Assembly: GCA_950097015.1 (NCBI GenBank)
Contig: CATNEN010000033.1
Coordinates: forward strand, 682,001-746,000
Origin: Macrostomum hystrix
Lineage: Eukaryota; Animalia; Platyhelminthes
DNA length: 64,000 nt
Reading direction: 5' to 3'
A program made the position numbers and the translations under genes. The first letter of the stretch is position 1. Each line of letters starts with the position of its first letter. A model generated the notes under the pieces. It made no database searches. It had not been told where the DNA came from and saw only the letters and a list, made by a program, of their open reading frames with translations. Of the stretch, positions 47,008 through 60,699 are shown in pieces.

Positions 47008-48170
47008 TATCGAATCAGGAACCGTAGCTAGTAAATATTTCCCAGATTTATTTTATGCTTCATTGCGATTACATTAAGCTCTACAGTGAATAGAAAATCT
47101 ATATGGAACTTCTGCAACTGGGAGAGTTAGGCCAACCCAGTTTTCCTGTGTAAATATTTCGACACGCGCGGTAAAAGTAGGTCAAAAAGCACTTCACTTG
47201 CTCAGCGAAGTGAAAAGTACATATACAAAAAGCACTGATTTCTAACAATTTCATTTGCAGTTAAGCATTTCTCTAACAGACGTCAAGCCCGCCATTTGAT
47301 GCTGTTCTGTCCCGGGGCTGAATTCTTATGCACTTTGCGCTCATATTTCTGTTCCTTTGCTCATATGGAATAAAATACAAATCAAGCATAGCCAAGTGCG
47401 ACCAGATGTACTGTCAGTCAGTGACTATTACATGGCGCTTTCAAAAGCTGTGAACAGACTGGGGCCGCCCACACTAACCCAAATTTCTACCCCATTTTAT
47501 AGCAGTGTGAACTTAAGCAATCGGGAATTATCTTTCTGTCTTGCTCATGCACAAAAATGTCCCCGGAACTGTCCCCAAGGACACATTTGCTCATGCATGT
47601 ATATTATTATACTAGTATGAATGCATGCGCGCTGCGGAAGTAGCAGAGCTGCGTTTGTTTTAGCGTGCAAGCACACGCCGCTAGGCTGACTGGCTCTGAT
47701 CCAGAATTGAATTGGAACGAATAAAATCGAATGGGACATGCGCGCGAATTGGTTTGTTGCACTGGATATTTCAATAATCTTCTTGTGGCAACGTTTTGCT
47801 GTTGGTTGCACACCCTCACATTCGTCCGTTGGTTATAGTGCTAGAGAGAGTGAGTCCTTGCTCTATTATTCTCTGTAAAATTCCACCACAGCAGCTCCCA
47901 GTGGGACCAAGGGATCGATTTCTGCTCCACCCGCCTACCCCAGCGCCGCCTGTCGCTCGTGGGCGCACATTCTTTAAATACTCGTAGTGGCATTTGGCTG
48001 AACGCCTGGTGTGTGGAGTGCATGGCCTGGGCTATCGAGTTGCATTCTTATTTCCATTCTGAGTTTCCTTGCCCTTCTCTGATCGCATAAAAGACGGGAT
48101 TAATGTTGACGGAAGTGAGCGGTGGAAAACTCGGATTCTAACCCCAACTCTGCGTGTCAGCTAGCTGAGC

Positions 48171-51069
48171 ATGGAGTCCGCAGCTACCAATGCCGATAAA
48201 TGGGACCAGCCACTCTTGGCAAGGTAAATTGCGCTCCACTCTAGCGCTGATCGTTGCTTGGCAGCAGTCTTTGTGATTTTTACCGGTTAATTTTGATGGG
48301 TCATTATGGAATTACGGGGCTAACGGATCTGTACATTGATTAAAGGCGACGAGTTCTTCATAAACAGGAATGCGCATGATGCTTGCACTCTCAGGAAAAT
48401 TATCGAATGAGCTATGAATCTGAAATTCAATGCTAACCTACATTTTCCTTCTTTAAAACCTTTAGGAGCAGCCTACCAGTGGAGATGCGACCCCGTGAAG
48501 ACTTCAGCGTGTGGGACTTCCTAAAAAACTGCATCGGAAAGGTTGTCGATGAAAATCAAGAGTTATATTCATTTTAAGCAAGTGAATATAGATTCTGCAC
48601 GATGCTTGATTATATAAGAGGAGTCGTCAGCTTTCCGACAATGAATCCGACTGTAGCACAGCGTATGCTTGCCAACTCAATACTCGCAATGTGCCAGTGT
48701 AGCTGCAGGTTCGTTTTGTGCCCATTTTAGAGAATGTAATTCGTAAAATTATTAATAAAACTTCAGGAGCTGACCAGAATAGCCATGCCGGTGCACTTTA
48801 ACGAGCCGCTATCATTCCTGCAGCGAGTCTGCGAGTACCTGGAATATTCGCACCTGCTGTTCAAGGCTGAACGGTGCGATGACCCTGTACAGAGACTAGA
48901 GGTAGGAATAAAACACAGCAAGCGTGTTGAGTTTAAAGTTGCGCTATGAAGTGCGTCATTGTTTATAGCCCCTTTTGAAAAAGTTTTAGTATTGAAAGTT
49001 CAATTTCAAGTGGCTCAATTTGAATCTCGCTCAAATTAAGTTGCGAAAAAAGATTGCTGATGGCAAGTGAAGTCATTAACAAGCGTATAACAATATTACA
49101 TAAACCATTAACCGCACTGCAGCTGATAACGGCCTTTGCTGTGTCCGGTGCCTCGTCCAACTGGGCTCGTCTTGGCAAGCCGTTCAATCCGCTTCAGGGC
49201 GAGACTTACGAGCTGGACAGGTGAGGCTCGAAGTTCCAGTTCGATAGCATAAGGGAGCAGAAGAACGATAGGTGATAGATACGATAGATAAACCGTTTTA
49301 CCTGGCTGAGCGCTCGTTAAAGGCTCTTTCCCGTTGCCATCAAACTAGACCAAAATACAAGATTGCACATCTTTGTACACCAAAACGAGTCATGTGATGA
49401 CTGTGTGAGCGAGCTTTAAGAGCTAGCTAAGAACAATGTCTATTCGAAGCAAAAAACCATATACGAGCTGGTAAATAAGAGTTTTGGCTCATAATGGGAG
49501 CATAAATATGTATTCTGACGATCTTAGTGAGCGCCCGGATTTCAGATCACGTGACCGCGGTTTTCGCGCCGTCTGCGAGCAGGTTTCGCATCATCCGCCC
49601 ACCAGCGCCTTTCACGCCGAAGCCCTGGACGGCTCCTGGATCTTTCATGGCGCGGTGACGCCTAAGCTCAGCTTCCTAGGCAAGTCGGTGGAGATTAATC
49701 CGAAGGGCACAGTAACACTGGAACTGCCCAGGCGGGCGGAGGTCTACACCTGGCAGAATGTGCTGTGCAAGATTCACAACATTATTATCGGCAAGCTTTG
49801 GGTTGAGCACGTGAGAGAAAGCATTTTAGCAAGCATTTGATTGATTATCATTGTAATTAGGATGATTGTATACAAACAATAGAATGTTTCAGCAAATTCT
49901 CAAGTGGTGCAGGAGTTTCAGGAGGTGCAGGAGTTGGTGCATCACTCCTAATGCTCGACCCGACTATTCTCATAATACCGATTCGCCATAAATCTTCTTT
50001 CCTACGAAAATAATTTTTTTCTCTGGATATTGGGGACTCAGTGTGGGAAATGAAACCCCCGATTGTATTACTTTTTGTCAAAAGTAATGGCAAAATGCGT
50101 ACCACAACAAACATTTTTCGTCCCATGTACTCTTTGCCCAGTACGGAGATCTAATAATCCGCTGTCATAGCAACGGCTTCAGAAGCGAACTAAAATGGCA
50201 CTCGCACTCGCTGATTGGATCCGATCATCACAAGCTTAATGGTTACGTCATCGATCCCACCGGAAAGAAAGTGAGGGCCATGTACGGCAAGTGGATGGAC
50301 GCCGTGTACAGGTGAGCACGATAGTGTGGCTGTCATAGGTTTAATATAAGCAGAGTGTATGATGAAAGGGGTTCTTAAAGTTATGCACTAATTCAATTGC
50401 AGCCTCCATGTGGACGCTTGGAAGCGGTACAAGAAAGGCGGCCAAGGTCGTAAACGAATCTCTGAGCTGCCCAGCTGGCCGGCGCTTTCAAACGCCGCCA
50501 CGACCACCGCCAGCCCCGCTGCCAATTCCACCGCGCCGCGATGGAAATCTTTTAGCATCGAGTTCCCAATGCCACCGCGGATATCTTCAGAAGCTCAATC
50601 GGACGAAATTGCTAACCCAGCTGGGGACGAGGAGAATAACGACGATGAACAGAGCTTGAGCACGTGGGCCGACTTGAGCATCGCAGGGCAGACTCTTTTG
50701 TGGCGACATGCCCCTCGCCCGGAGAACAATCGGCGCTATTTTTCTTTCACTCGCTTCGCCATCGCTCTGAACGATGACTCCGACATCGATCTGGTAGCCC
50801 GTCTGCCTAGCACCGACACCCGTCGCCGGCCAGATGTGCGCGCTCTGGAGCTAGGCGACCTTGACCTGGCGCAGACAGAGAAATGCCGACTGGAGGACAA
50901 GCAGCGTCGGGCTCTGCGGCGCGGTGGTGGTGGTGACAAGAGCGAGCAGCTCTCTGGTGGTGTCTGGTTCCAGCCTGGAAGAAACCCGCATACTGGACGA
51001 GACGGTGACTGGCGCTTCACTGGCGACTACTGGGCTAGAGACTGGAAGAACTGCCCGGACATCTTCTAA
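48171..51069 (+). CDS. Oxysterol-binding protein-related protein, ORP1/ORP2-like short form, ~487 aa (exons 48171-48223, 48466-48541, 48767-48901, 49123-49220, 49546-49810, 50142-50311, 50403-51069)
   Basis: All introns GT-AG and phase-consistent; motifs MPVHFNEPLSFLQR, KPFNPLQGETYEL, EQVSHHPP, LPSTDTRRRPDVRALE, EKCRLEDKQR. First exon is the least certain. Confidence 0.92.
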
Positions 51070-51547
51070 TATCGAACTGCAGAGCATCCACAACTTTCTT
51101 TCCTATGGCCAAACAATATCGGCTATTGTTAGAGCCGACAGCCCACATACTCTGGCCCTTGCTTCTTATTTATTGTACTTACTCCTAGTTTTTAGTACAA
51201 AGTAGTCTTCTTTCAAAAAGTTAATTAAAAAGTAGTCATAAGCAACGCAGCACTATGTAATTCAATTTTTAATCCAAGAAATCTGCATCGATTGCATAAC
51301 CTTGCCATTCACCATATAGTGGTTCTTGCAATCTGTGCAACTTAGCATACGAGCGCAGCCCGCGGCAACAGGCAAGTCTGAGACAAGGATCAAAATATCT
51401 CCAGGCTAGCATCAACATCGTCTATTGATTTTTCTTGCGTACTTTTGCCTATGAAAAGATCAACTTAAGCAAATACAGCTCTGGCTATAATTTGAAAGGT
51501 TAAAAATAAAATTGTCACTGGTTTAAAAGTCGTACTTCCATGAATCT

Positions 51548-53745
51548 CTAGTTGGGATGAGTGAGCCAGATCACTCATCACGGATGCGATATCTCATCTT
51601 GATAAGATGTAAGCAAAGTGTCGGGATAGGTAAGCACGTTTTTCAACTTTTAACGATTGCCGCTTTTGCCCAGTTGAACCGATTTGGATGCGGTTTTTTG
51701 CAAAACATGTAAAAGACTTGGGTCTATGTACTGAAGTGAAAAGCGTTGCCATGGCAACGCGCTTTGGTTGCCATGGCAACCAAAAACAAGATTTTTTTTG
51801 GACATGACAAAAATTGGTCTCTCGGCGCTTATTTTGGCATTTTATGGTGTCGCCCAGTGACTCTATCCAGACGATGCGGGCTACAGAAGCCTGCAATGAT
51901 TTGATATGGATTTTTTCTTGCTGGCCCATCTTTAGGGTCAAAGGGTCAAAAAACGGGTTTTTGAGGTTGAAAAAATGTGCATGCTTTTTTACATTGAGTT
52001 GCTGTGTAGTAACCCCAACTCATGGGCCTACTTGATAATGAAGAAATTTTTTGACCGTGTACTTTTGTGATTGAAAAAAATGTGCACTTTTAAAAGTACT
52101 TTTAGTACAGGGTGCACTTTGGACGCCTCTATGACACAGACATGTGACTTGAATTGCATTTCAACACATGTCAACCAACTTTCTTGGGTGTCGCCTATAC
52201 GACAATGTTGGTTTCAGACTGATTGGATGTTGTTTACCGAAGATGAGGGTAATTAAATCCCAAAAACGTGATTTTGGTCATTTTTAGTCATTTTTCGAGG
52301 AACAAAACCGCATGGCCAGAACGTATTTAATGTGCGATTTGAATGCGGCTTGAGTTTTTTAGAAGCGCAACATATGTGCGCACAAAATGTATATTTTGAA
52401 TTTTCTAAGCATCCACTTGACCCGAAGGTGGATGCGCAAATCCCAATTTTGGACCCCCCTGGGAGGGCTAAAACATGAAAAACGGGATCAGTCATAACTT
52501 TTGATTGCTGCATCCGTTGGTGTTGTGCTTAGCGTTGCTGAATTGCATTTTGGACCCTCTTTCATTTGATACTAGACTCGTGTACACACATTCAGTAGTT
52601 GGCCATCTGTACTAAAATATGTACCTGTACAGGTGTACGTATGAGAGAAAAAGTTTGCCATTTCTGCCTCTACGATAGTGCACTTTGTCGCATTGAGCTC
52701 AACATTGTGTCAATAGGCGCATGTGTATGTTTGAAAGAGAATGAGATGTCAACTTAAAGTCAGCGTCACATTCCAGATGCTAAATCTTGATTTGCAGCTG
52801 GAAAACGTGTTGTTTTCGTAGAAATTGAATAAATCATGCAATTTTTCGAACCTTTAAAGGTAAATTTTGTAAAAACGGTCTTGCGAATTTTCTATGTACA
52901 GAGACGAAATGTACCCAATACTATGCTGCATCCGATGAGCAGCTGCATTAGTGTTGGAAAATTCGATTTTTCGAAATGGACGGCACGTTGCGGCAATTTT
53001 GACACCCGGGGCCTATGCCAATTTCTCATAAGATTTACTCATAAGATTTTAGTAGTGCAATTTCTCGAATCAAGTTTGGTGTCGTTGGACAGCATTTAGA
53101 GCCCTCTTCAAAAGGACAGCATCCATGCCTGCCTGTGAACATTGATTGAGCGTCAGTACACGATGCTGTACTTTTAAGAGAAGCAGCATTTTCGAGTTTA
53201 CTCTAATAAAATGTTGTTCTTTGCTCCAATGTCATTGAAAATGGTTTAAATAGGTGCGTCTAGATGTTACCAAGACAATGACATGTGACTTGAAGCTGTG
53301 CATCACATTTCAGATGTATAGTATTGATTTCCATTTATAAAACGTGATTTTTTCATGCACACAAATAACGCAAACTTGAGTGAAAGTTTTGCTAAAATAG
53401 TTAAGTAATCGCATGTAAGTTTCGCATATAAATTGTGTGCCCAGCATTGAAATGAATATGGTGCTTTAGTATTGGAAAGTTTAATTATCTTATGAAGTAT
53501 GAATATGAAGTAAGCTGCAGTAATTAATGAAAGATCATCCTGTTTTTTGCGATCAACTTTTTTGCATCACACGAAAATTGAAACCGAAATTTCATTAGTT
53601 GAAGTTTGAATTAGAAATAGAATACACAGGCGACAGCTTTCCATGCATTTGTCAGTGTTTGTTTGTGGGGACTTTGTGGTTTGTGGGGGGGATGGAATGG
53701 ATGGCTGTGCCGCCCGATCGAAAAAATCGAGTTTCTCTCAACCTG
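51548..53745 (-). mobile_element. ~2.1-kb non-coding repeat, copy 2 (inverted)
   Basis: Minus-strand end GATGAGTGA-tctggc-TCACTCATC hairpin followed by CCAA-CTAG. Confidence 0.6.
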
Positions 53746-55297
53746 AGGCTACTTTTTGTTTTATCTATGGGCCGAATGAAATGGTTTTAAAGCCCGCTGT
53801 GAAAGCTAAAGAGAATAAAAGGAGAGATATAAGGATTACAAATCTTGGAGCACCGTAAAAGTACGCTATAATCTATCAACATTAATTGGCGACTCCTTGA
53901 GCATATTAAAGTAATCGGAGAACCTAACATATACTAGCTACGGTTCCTGATTTAATACTAATTACGTAATCTGTTCCTTAGCTGAACCTGAAGAAAAAAT
54001 CGTGCATACAGAAGAAAAAAGCAACTCGTTAAAGGCGCGCACACTGGAAATTTGCTTATAGTCACAACAGGCAGGCATGGCTGATGTTGAATTGTTTAAT
54101 AGAACAGGCATGAATTTTCCATTCTGAGAAAGAGAAAGAAAAAGAGACAGAGGGAGGTCGCGATTAAATGCATACCTAGATTCTGAGATACATTGTTCAA
54201 TGTATTTTGTAAGTCTTCGAATCAGTGGGGCAATAATTATAGCAAGAATAGTTTATAGGTTAGCTTAATAATAGGCTAAGATCGGGTTTGTGTCAGACAT
54301 TTAAAACTCAATTTATGAACTTTGAGGACAAATGTATTACTGCTAGACTCGCCACTACATTCAAATGAGTGTCTGGATACATAGAATGGTTAGCAAGCAT
54401 GTGGGAGACAGGGGTGGCAGAAAAAGCTTCCCTATGCAGAACGAACAGCATAGACTACTCCAGGTAGTAGTGTAAGTAGCATACAAGTACTATAAATAGT
54501 GGGCATGGGCTTTCGTTAATGCTTAGGACACAAGCGATTGGTTGGCAAGGAAATGCAACACTGAATCAGACAAATTGTTTTTTTATTGCGCTTCCAGGTC
54601 AAAGAAATTCACTCGCAAAGACCGACGATAATGCAAAGGCAAATGAAGGAAAATAATATAGAAATCGAAAAATTTATAGAGTAGAAAAAAGCATCAGATA
54701 AGCAACAGCAGCATGTACAAGCGGAAATTTTCTATTATAAAATGTTAAGCTATTCTACTCATAGTAGCCAGTAGGAATTTAAATGTATATAAAATTAAAA
54801 AGAGAGATCAAAACGATGCGCTTTGAGGCAGAGAGGGACGCGCCGATCACTTCGCTGCTAATGTGAGGGATAGAGTAATTATAAAGAAACAGAGCAGGCG
54901 GTACACAAGAGCTGGAAATGTGAAGCTATTAGAAGCAGCAGGGACCAGTTCGTAACAGATTTTAAAACAAAAGAAATAGCAATAAGAATGCACTCTGTCT
55001 CTTCGGGGATCCGTTTTGATTATTATTATTTCTAGCTAATAATAATTACTCTATACATTGTACAGTAACATGCAATACAAATGAAGCCGATTAAGAATGC
55101 CTCCCTGCTTAATTCAGACACTCCAGTTACATGTCTCAAACAGCCTTTGTTTCTGCCCCAGAGAAGCTACAGAAAGCAAGACACAAAATTCCCAATCGGC
55201 TTGTCATTGATAATATTTAGTGGCATAAATTCTTTCTGGGAGCGACTGACGAAACTAAAATTTGAAGCATCGAGGGCTGCGGGAGGGTGGCACAGCA

Positions 55298-56482
55298 TCA
55301 GTCGCGACACTTAATGCAGAAGAATTCAATGTCGTCTAGGTTGACGTCGTCATCCAGGTCTGTGCACATGACATGGTACCAGCTGTTGCATGAGTCGCAA
55401 CAGACCCAATTCACATTCGGATCCTTCGGCTTAATGCAGGTCAGCGATTCGCACGGCTCGCCGTCGATGTGAAACTGCCCGCTGGCGTCGCTAATACCAA
55501 CCGATGCCACAGCCGCCGACGACGATGAAGCAGCCACCGAGGAGCCCGAAGGTCGATTTGAGCTGCTGCTGCGCGACTGTTTCGACTGTTTGGAAGGTCG
55601 GGAGCCGGCGCGGATGTCGCCACCCATCGAGGAGCCGGATTTGATCTGCTTACTGCCGCCACTGGCGCCGCTCTTGCGGGAAGCGCCTCCTTTACCGCCG
55701 GAGTCCACTGAGGACTGTCGCTTAGCCGACACTGACGACGATGTCAAGGCGGTTCCGCCCGACTTCTTCTCTGAGGCAATCTTTTTACTGCTGCCTCCAT
55801 CACCGCCGGAGGACTTCTTGGTGGACGACTTAGATGCTGAAGACACAGGCGGTGGCGGCGGAGGCGGTGGATGCGGCGCCAGCGACGGCGGCAGGTCGTC
55901 GCTAGGCGAACTCTGCGAGGATGACATCGACGAGTCGGGGGATTTCTCTCGTGGCCTCTTTGCCGAGGAGGCGCCTACTACGCGGGGGGCGCCAGTAGCC
56001 GAGTCGTTACTGGTTCGCTTCCGGCTGCTGTCCGCATGAGACTGGTGGGATTTGTGATCTCCGGATCCAGAGTTGCCTGCGGACATTGCTGGACTGTCGG
56101 CCACCTTTTCAAAGACAAATTTCAGCTCCGAGCGGAAGCCGCTGACGGTGGAGCCGGGCTTGATGTTGTAACCGTTGACGTGGCCAAAGCAGATTATGTC
56201 GCCAACCACAAGCAGTTTAGAAGACAGAATGCGGGTGTAGTTAATGTAAGTGCCATTTAGGCTGTGATCAACTAGGAAGTAGCGATTGCCTTTCTCTTCA
56301 GCTAGGACCTCGGCATGCTTCCGGCTGACCATCATCGGATTGACAATGGATTCGATGACGTAGTCTGGCGGCGTCTTGCTGCTGGCCCGGCCAATGATGG
56401 TTGACTGGCGCCGGATGACCAGCACACTGGGCGTCTTGCCGAAGCCTTCGCGGTCGCTGATGCGGCGAAGCTGGTACATCAT
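55298..56482 (-). CDS. TCF19: FHA + PHD finger protein, TCF19-like, 394 aa
   Basis: N-terminal FHA (IIGR..VSRKHA..DHSLNGTYIN), low-complexity linker, C-terminal PHD (CESLTC..WVCCDSCNSWYHVMC..FFCIKC). This architecture matches TCF19. Confidence 0.75.
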   Translation of the reverse strand: MMYQLRRISDREGFGKTPSVLVIRRQSTIIGRASSKTPPDYVIESIVNPMMVSRKHAEVLAEEKGNRYFLVDHSLNGTYINYTRILSSKLLVVGDIICFGHVNGYNIKPGSTVSGFRSELKFVFEKVADSPAMSAGNSGSGDHKSHQSHADSSRKRTSNDSATGAPRVVGASSAKRPREKSPDSSMSSSQSSPSDDLPPSLAPHPPPPPPPPVSSASKSSTKKSSGGDGGSSKKIASEKKSGGTALTSSSVSAKRQSSVDSGGKGGASRKSGASGGSKQIKSGSSMGGDIRAGSRPSKQSKQSRSSSSNRPSGSSVAASSSSAAVASVGISDASGQFHIDGEPCESLTCIKPKDPNVNWVCCDSCNSWYHVMCTDLDDDVNLDDIEFFCIKCRD

Positions 56483-59400
56483 TTGGCCTGTCTGGCTGGC
56501 TGCAGTATGAAAAAAAAAACAGTACTTGTCCTAGTAGAATTAGCAGAACAGAAATGTGAATTGCAAAAAACAACATGTTCTGCAACATGCATAGTGTTTA
56601 GGTATGCTGGATAAGTTATGGAAGTAAATACAATTTTTATATTCCTTGTCATCTTAGTAGTATAAGTCAGGCTTTTTACCCATGTTGTTTATCATGAAAA
56701 ATGGTGTTGCCCACAAAAAACTTACTTTCATATGGAAAAGCTTTACAAATTTAAGATGCTATGAAAATTGCAATTAGGGATATGCAAACAATTAAAATTT
56801 TGCCTATAATGTGTTTATTTTTATATCTGATCTAATGTAGAATTAATCTGATGATTTTTACTATCATAACACAAAGTCAAATCAGGAATATTCATAAGTT
56901 TCCTATTTTATGATTAAAAATGATTGATTCTTGTGTGGGGCAATTGCCCCCAAAAACTCAGTTGTTCACTTGATTTACTTATTTGTTTTTAGCAATCTAA
57001 AAACTGTGTTCTTTTGATCCATGTTGAGTAACTTACAAAAATTGCTACATAAAAGTACATCAGAAAATATATACAAATATATAAGTATCTTGTATAAATA
57101 CATTTTTGACAAATAGTCAAGAGACATTATTTATATTTGTGTAAAGTTAGAAACTTAAACAAATTAAACAACAGTGGATAGACACAAATACGAAAAAGTT
57201 CTCCTTTTTTTGTTTTGAAGTGCAACAAAATTTTAAATATTTTTTAATTAATTTTTGAAAAGCACATTATTATAGTTTAATTAATAAGACCAATTAAACC
57301 AATAGTATTAAATACTTGTGATCTAACAAGTTTTAAAGAAAGTATAGAGCAACACTGAAGGACCAAGAATTAAGATTAAAGGTTTCAAGCAAACAATTAG
57401 ATATCAGTCATAGTTTTACATACATATAACAATTACCAAGGCAAAAGTTATAAAAAATAAAATAAATAAAAACATAGATAGAATAAGTACAACATTGTTT
57501 AACAGTCAAATTTGTCATAGTTGGAATATGGAGAATGTAATTTTTATCTAGAGCAACAATAACTTATACTTGAGGTCTAGTAATAAAACACAGTTATATA
57601 TATAATTTACAAATCACTTAAGTTAAAAAACAAATATAGGGCCTAATTTGAATTGAATAGCTAACTAAGAATGTATTCTCTTATTATAATTCAAAAGTAG
57701 CTAGGCCTTTTTTAGAAAAAAAACTAACATATTCTTTCTACCTAAATCAGCTGACATTAGTCAGCTAGATAACTAGCTAGCAGATTAAAAACTAGTTAAT
57801 AGAGAACATTTTAACCTTTAAAGTTAAAATAGTATGTTTTTTGGCTTGTGGAAAAAGAATGTTAATTTTTTAATGACTAGGCCTATTTCAATTTCACTTC
57901 TACATTAATAACAATAAAAATACACTTTAAACTTATAAATTCAAAGTTATACATAGTTTTGAGTCAGCACTTTGCAATTACCATGTCTCATAGCTAAGCC
58001 TGTGAAGTCAAACTACGAAGTAAAAACATCCTACAAAAACCTAAACATGATTCATATGAATCATGACTGATAACTAATTATTATATGAGACTTAATTAGC
58101 TCATTGTTATTGTAAAGTAGTAGCTAGATTTAGTATACTAGTTACTATGATAGGTTGATAGGCCTAGCAATATGTTATAGATATCTTCCTTTCACTTTCA
58201 CTTCCTTTCCTTTCAAACTAATGTAAGTGATAATACAGATTCTAGGCTTTAGACTTAACTAGGTGCCCTGGGCCTTTGCTGCACCTATAATATCTAGATT
58301 CTAGACTACTTTATAGCTAATAGCTAGATGTTAGCTAGGCCTTCACTTAGCTAACTAACTAGCTGTTATTGGGACTTATTGGGTCTAGATTATCTATATT
58401 TAGTAGCTAGGCCTATATGTAGTTCTTTCTTAGCTAGACCTACTGGCCCTGGCCTATTTAATCAATCATAGGCCCTTAGGAATGGTATTTTGCCTAAGAC
58501 ACTTTTAGTCCACACAGCCATGTGGAATAAAGATAGGACTATATGGCTAATTAGTCATAGAGTATATACATCGGAGGCCTGGATTCCATTTTAGCCTATT
58601 AGTTATAACTCGCACTTGAGCTCATGGATAAAAGAGCTAGAGCTGAATATAAACAATAGGCCTACTCAAGAAAGAGTACTTTTGCTTGAAAAATACGTAC
58701 GTACATGCACAAGCTACCTTGCTGCTGACATACTAGATAGCTCGGAGTAGACTCTGATAACAAAATGAAACAGTCATTAATACAGTTATTAGCTAATAAG
58801 TTTTTTGAATGATCACGTTGGCGTATCTTTTTGCGGTTTACTAGTTACGATTACAGGGTTATTATTAACAACGCTGGCTGCAGGTAGCAAACAACCCTTA
58901 ATTTACTTAGTTTTTAATAGAATAAATTTTAATTTGTTTTCATGCGCCTACACATAAAGCTACAGCGCTTGCAATTTTAATGTAGCTTGCAATTTTAATG
59001 TACAGCGCTTGATTTAACTTGTTTAGGTTACAATTTTAGACCGTTATAAATTTTTAAGTCCGCTAAAAGAAACCGCTACTAATACAAGAAACGCTATTTT
59101 AATCACAGAATAGGCCCCCTATACATTATAATACAGTTTATGAAAGCTTTAATTCAGTCGCATATCAAATAAATTTTCTGGATAGCTCAGTCATATATCG
59201 CTCACATATTATTTAAAGCAACTCTCTAAAATGTTAAAATGTTTATGTTAGGCCTTTGTGCCTGGAAATTTCTTTCTTGGTTTGAAAAGAAAAACTTGAG
59301 TCAAAACACATCGGCTCTATTTCAGGATCTGCTAAGTGAAAAACAAAACAATTTTTATCAAGAAGTACTTTTTGTACTATTAAAGAAATAAGTTCATCAG

Positions 59401-60699
59401 ATTGGATATAATGTGACTGATTTTGGGTTTCTTTAAATTGAATCCCATAAAATGCTTCGAGTTTTCTGATCTAATTAAAACTTCACAAGCTGTCATCGAC
59501 ATCTACCCATTGTCTGCCCTATTGTAATAAGTGTAGTAAGCCTGCAGACATGTGCCAGGGTCTAAAATTGTGGCTCAGAACCTTGGCGCAACACAGAATA
59601 GGCCTATTTTGACCTTGGTGTCAACCAAAAAGGCCATTTAGCAGTTACACTGCACTAGGTCTATGCCACAATACCACCTGCCTTGACTCTACAGCGTTGC
59701 AACATAAGAAAATTCAGAAAATGCATTGGACAGTCACAATGCTATCTGTCTACTTATTGTGTAGGTAGTTGGTAGTAGTAACCTACTTAAGGTAGTTGGT
59801 TAGGATGAGACAAGTTAGGCCTAGCTTATTGTTTTTCATGAAAAAATTAAATAAGAGGCCTATGTGTTATTTTCCAAATTTTATGAACAATTTCAATAGG
59901 CCTAATTATTTAGAAACAAATCAACTACAACTTTAGCTTCATTACAAGAATCTGGTTGTTGCTGTCACTTAGGCTTATCCTCATTTATATAGGGCCTAGT
60001 CTCTAATTCTGGTATAGGCCTAGGCCTATCTGGGCACTTACTTAAGGCCTTAAACCTACCCAAAAATAAATTAAATTTTTATTCTTCAACTCCCTATGCC
60101 TATATTGAAGTTCAATCCTGCTTATTATTCTCCCAACCAAAACCCATGATTTCCCATGTAATACTAAGGGTGGTCATGCTGGAATATGGAAACCAGTGCA
60201 TAGAAAGTGTTTGTAGATGGAACATAATGAGTTTTTTGACTCAGCACCCCTAAAACCTGTATTTATGATGAACCAACTGAAGCCATAACTATTTTTTCTA
60301 TAGGCTATAAAAGTTTACAAAAAGTGAGTTAATTATAACATATAACATATATATACATCATATAGCAGTTACAAATAGTTACAAAAAGCATGTATTCAGA
60401 ACTTTACAGCTATAACTTCTAAAATGTTCTTTTAATTGTCTAAAAGGAAATTCTTTGTATGCAAATCTACCATGAAATAATTGTTAAATTGATCATATTT
60501 TATTTTGCATAGTACATAAATTTTATTTTATAGATCTTGTAACATCTTATTCAAAATAAAATGTCTTAATCGATTGTCTTGTCAATTCAGTGAGCATATC
60601 ATCTCACTTTACTGCAAGCTAGCTGCAAAAGTCTTAAAAGTAAAATTCAACAGCAACTAAGAAGCAGACGAGTCTGTCTACCCACAATTAGTAGTCGCA

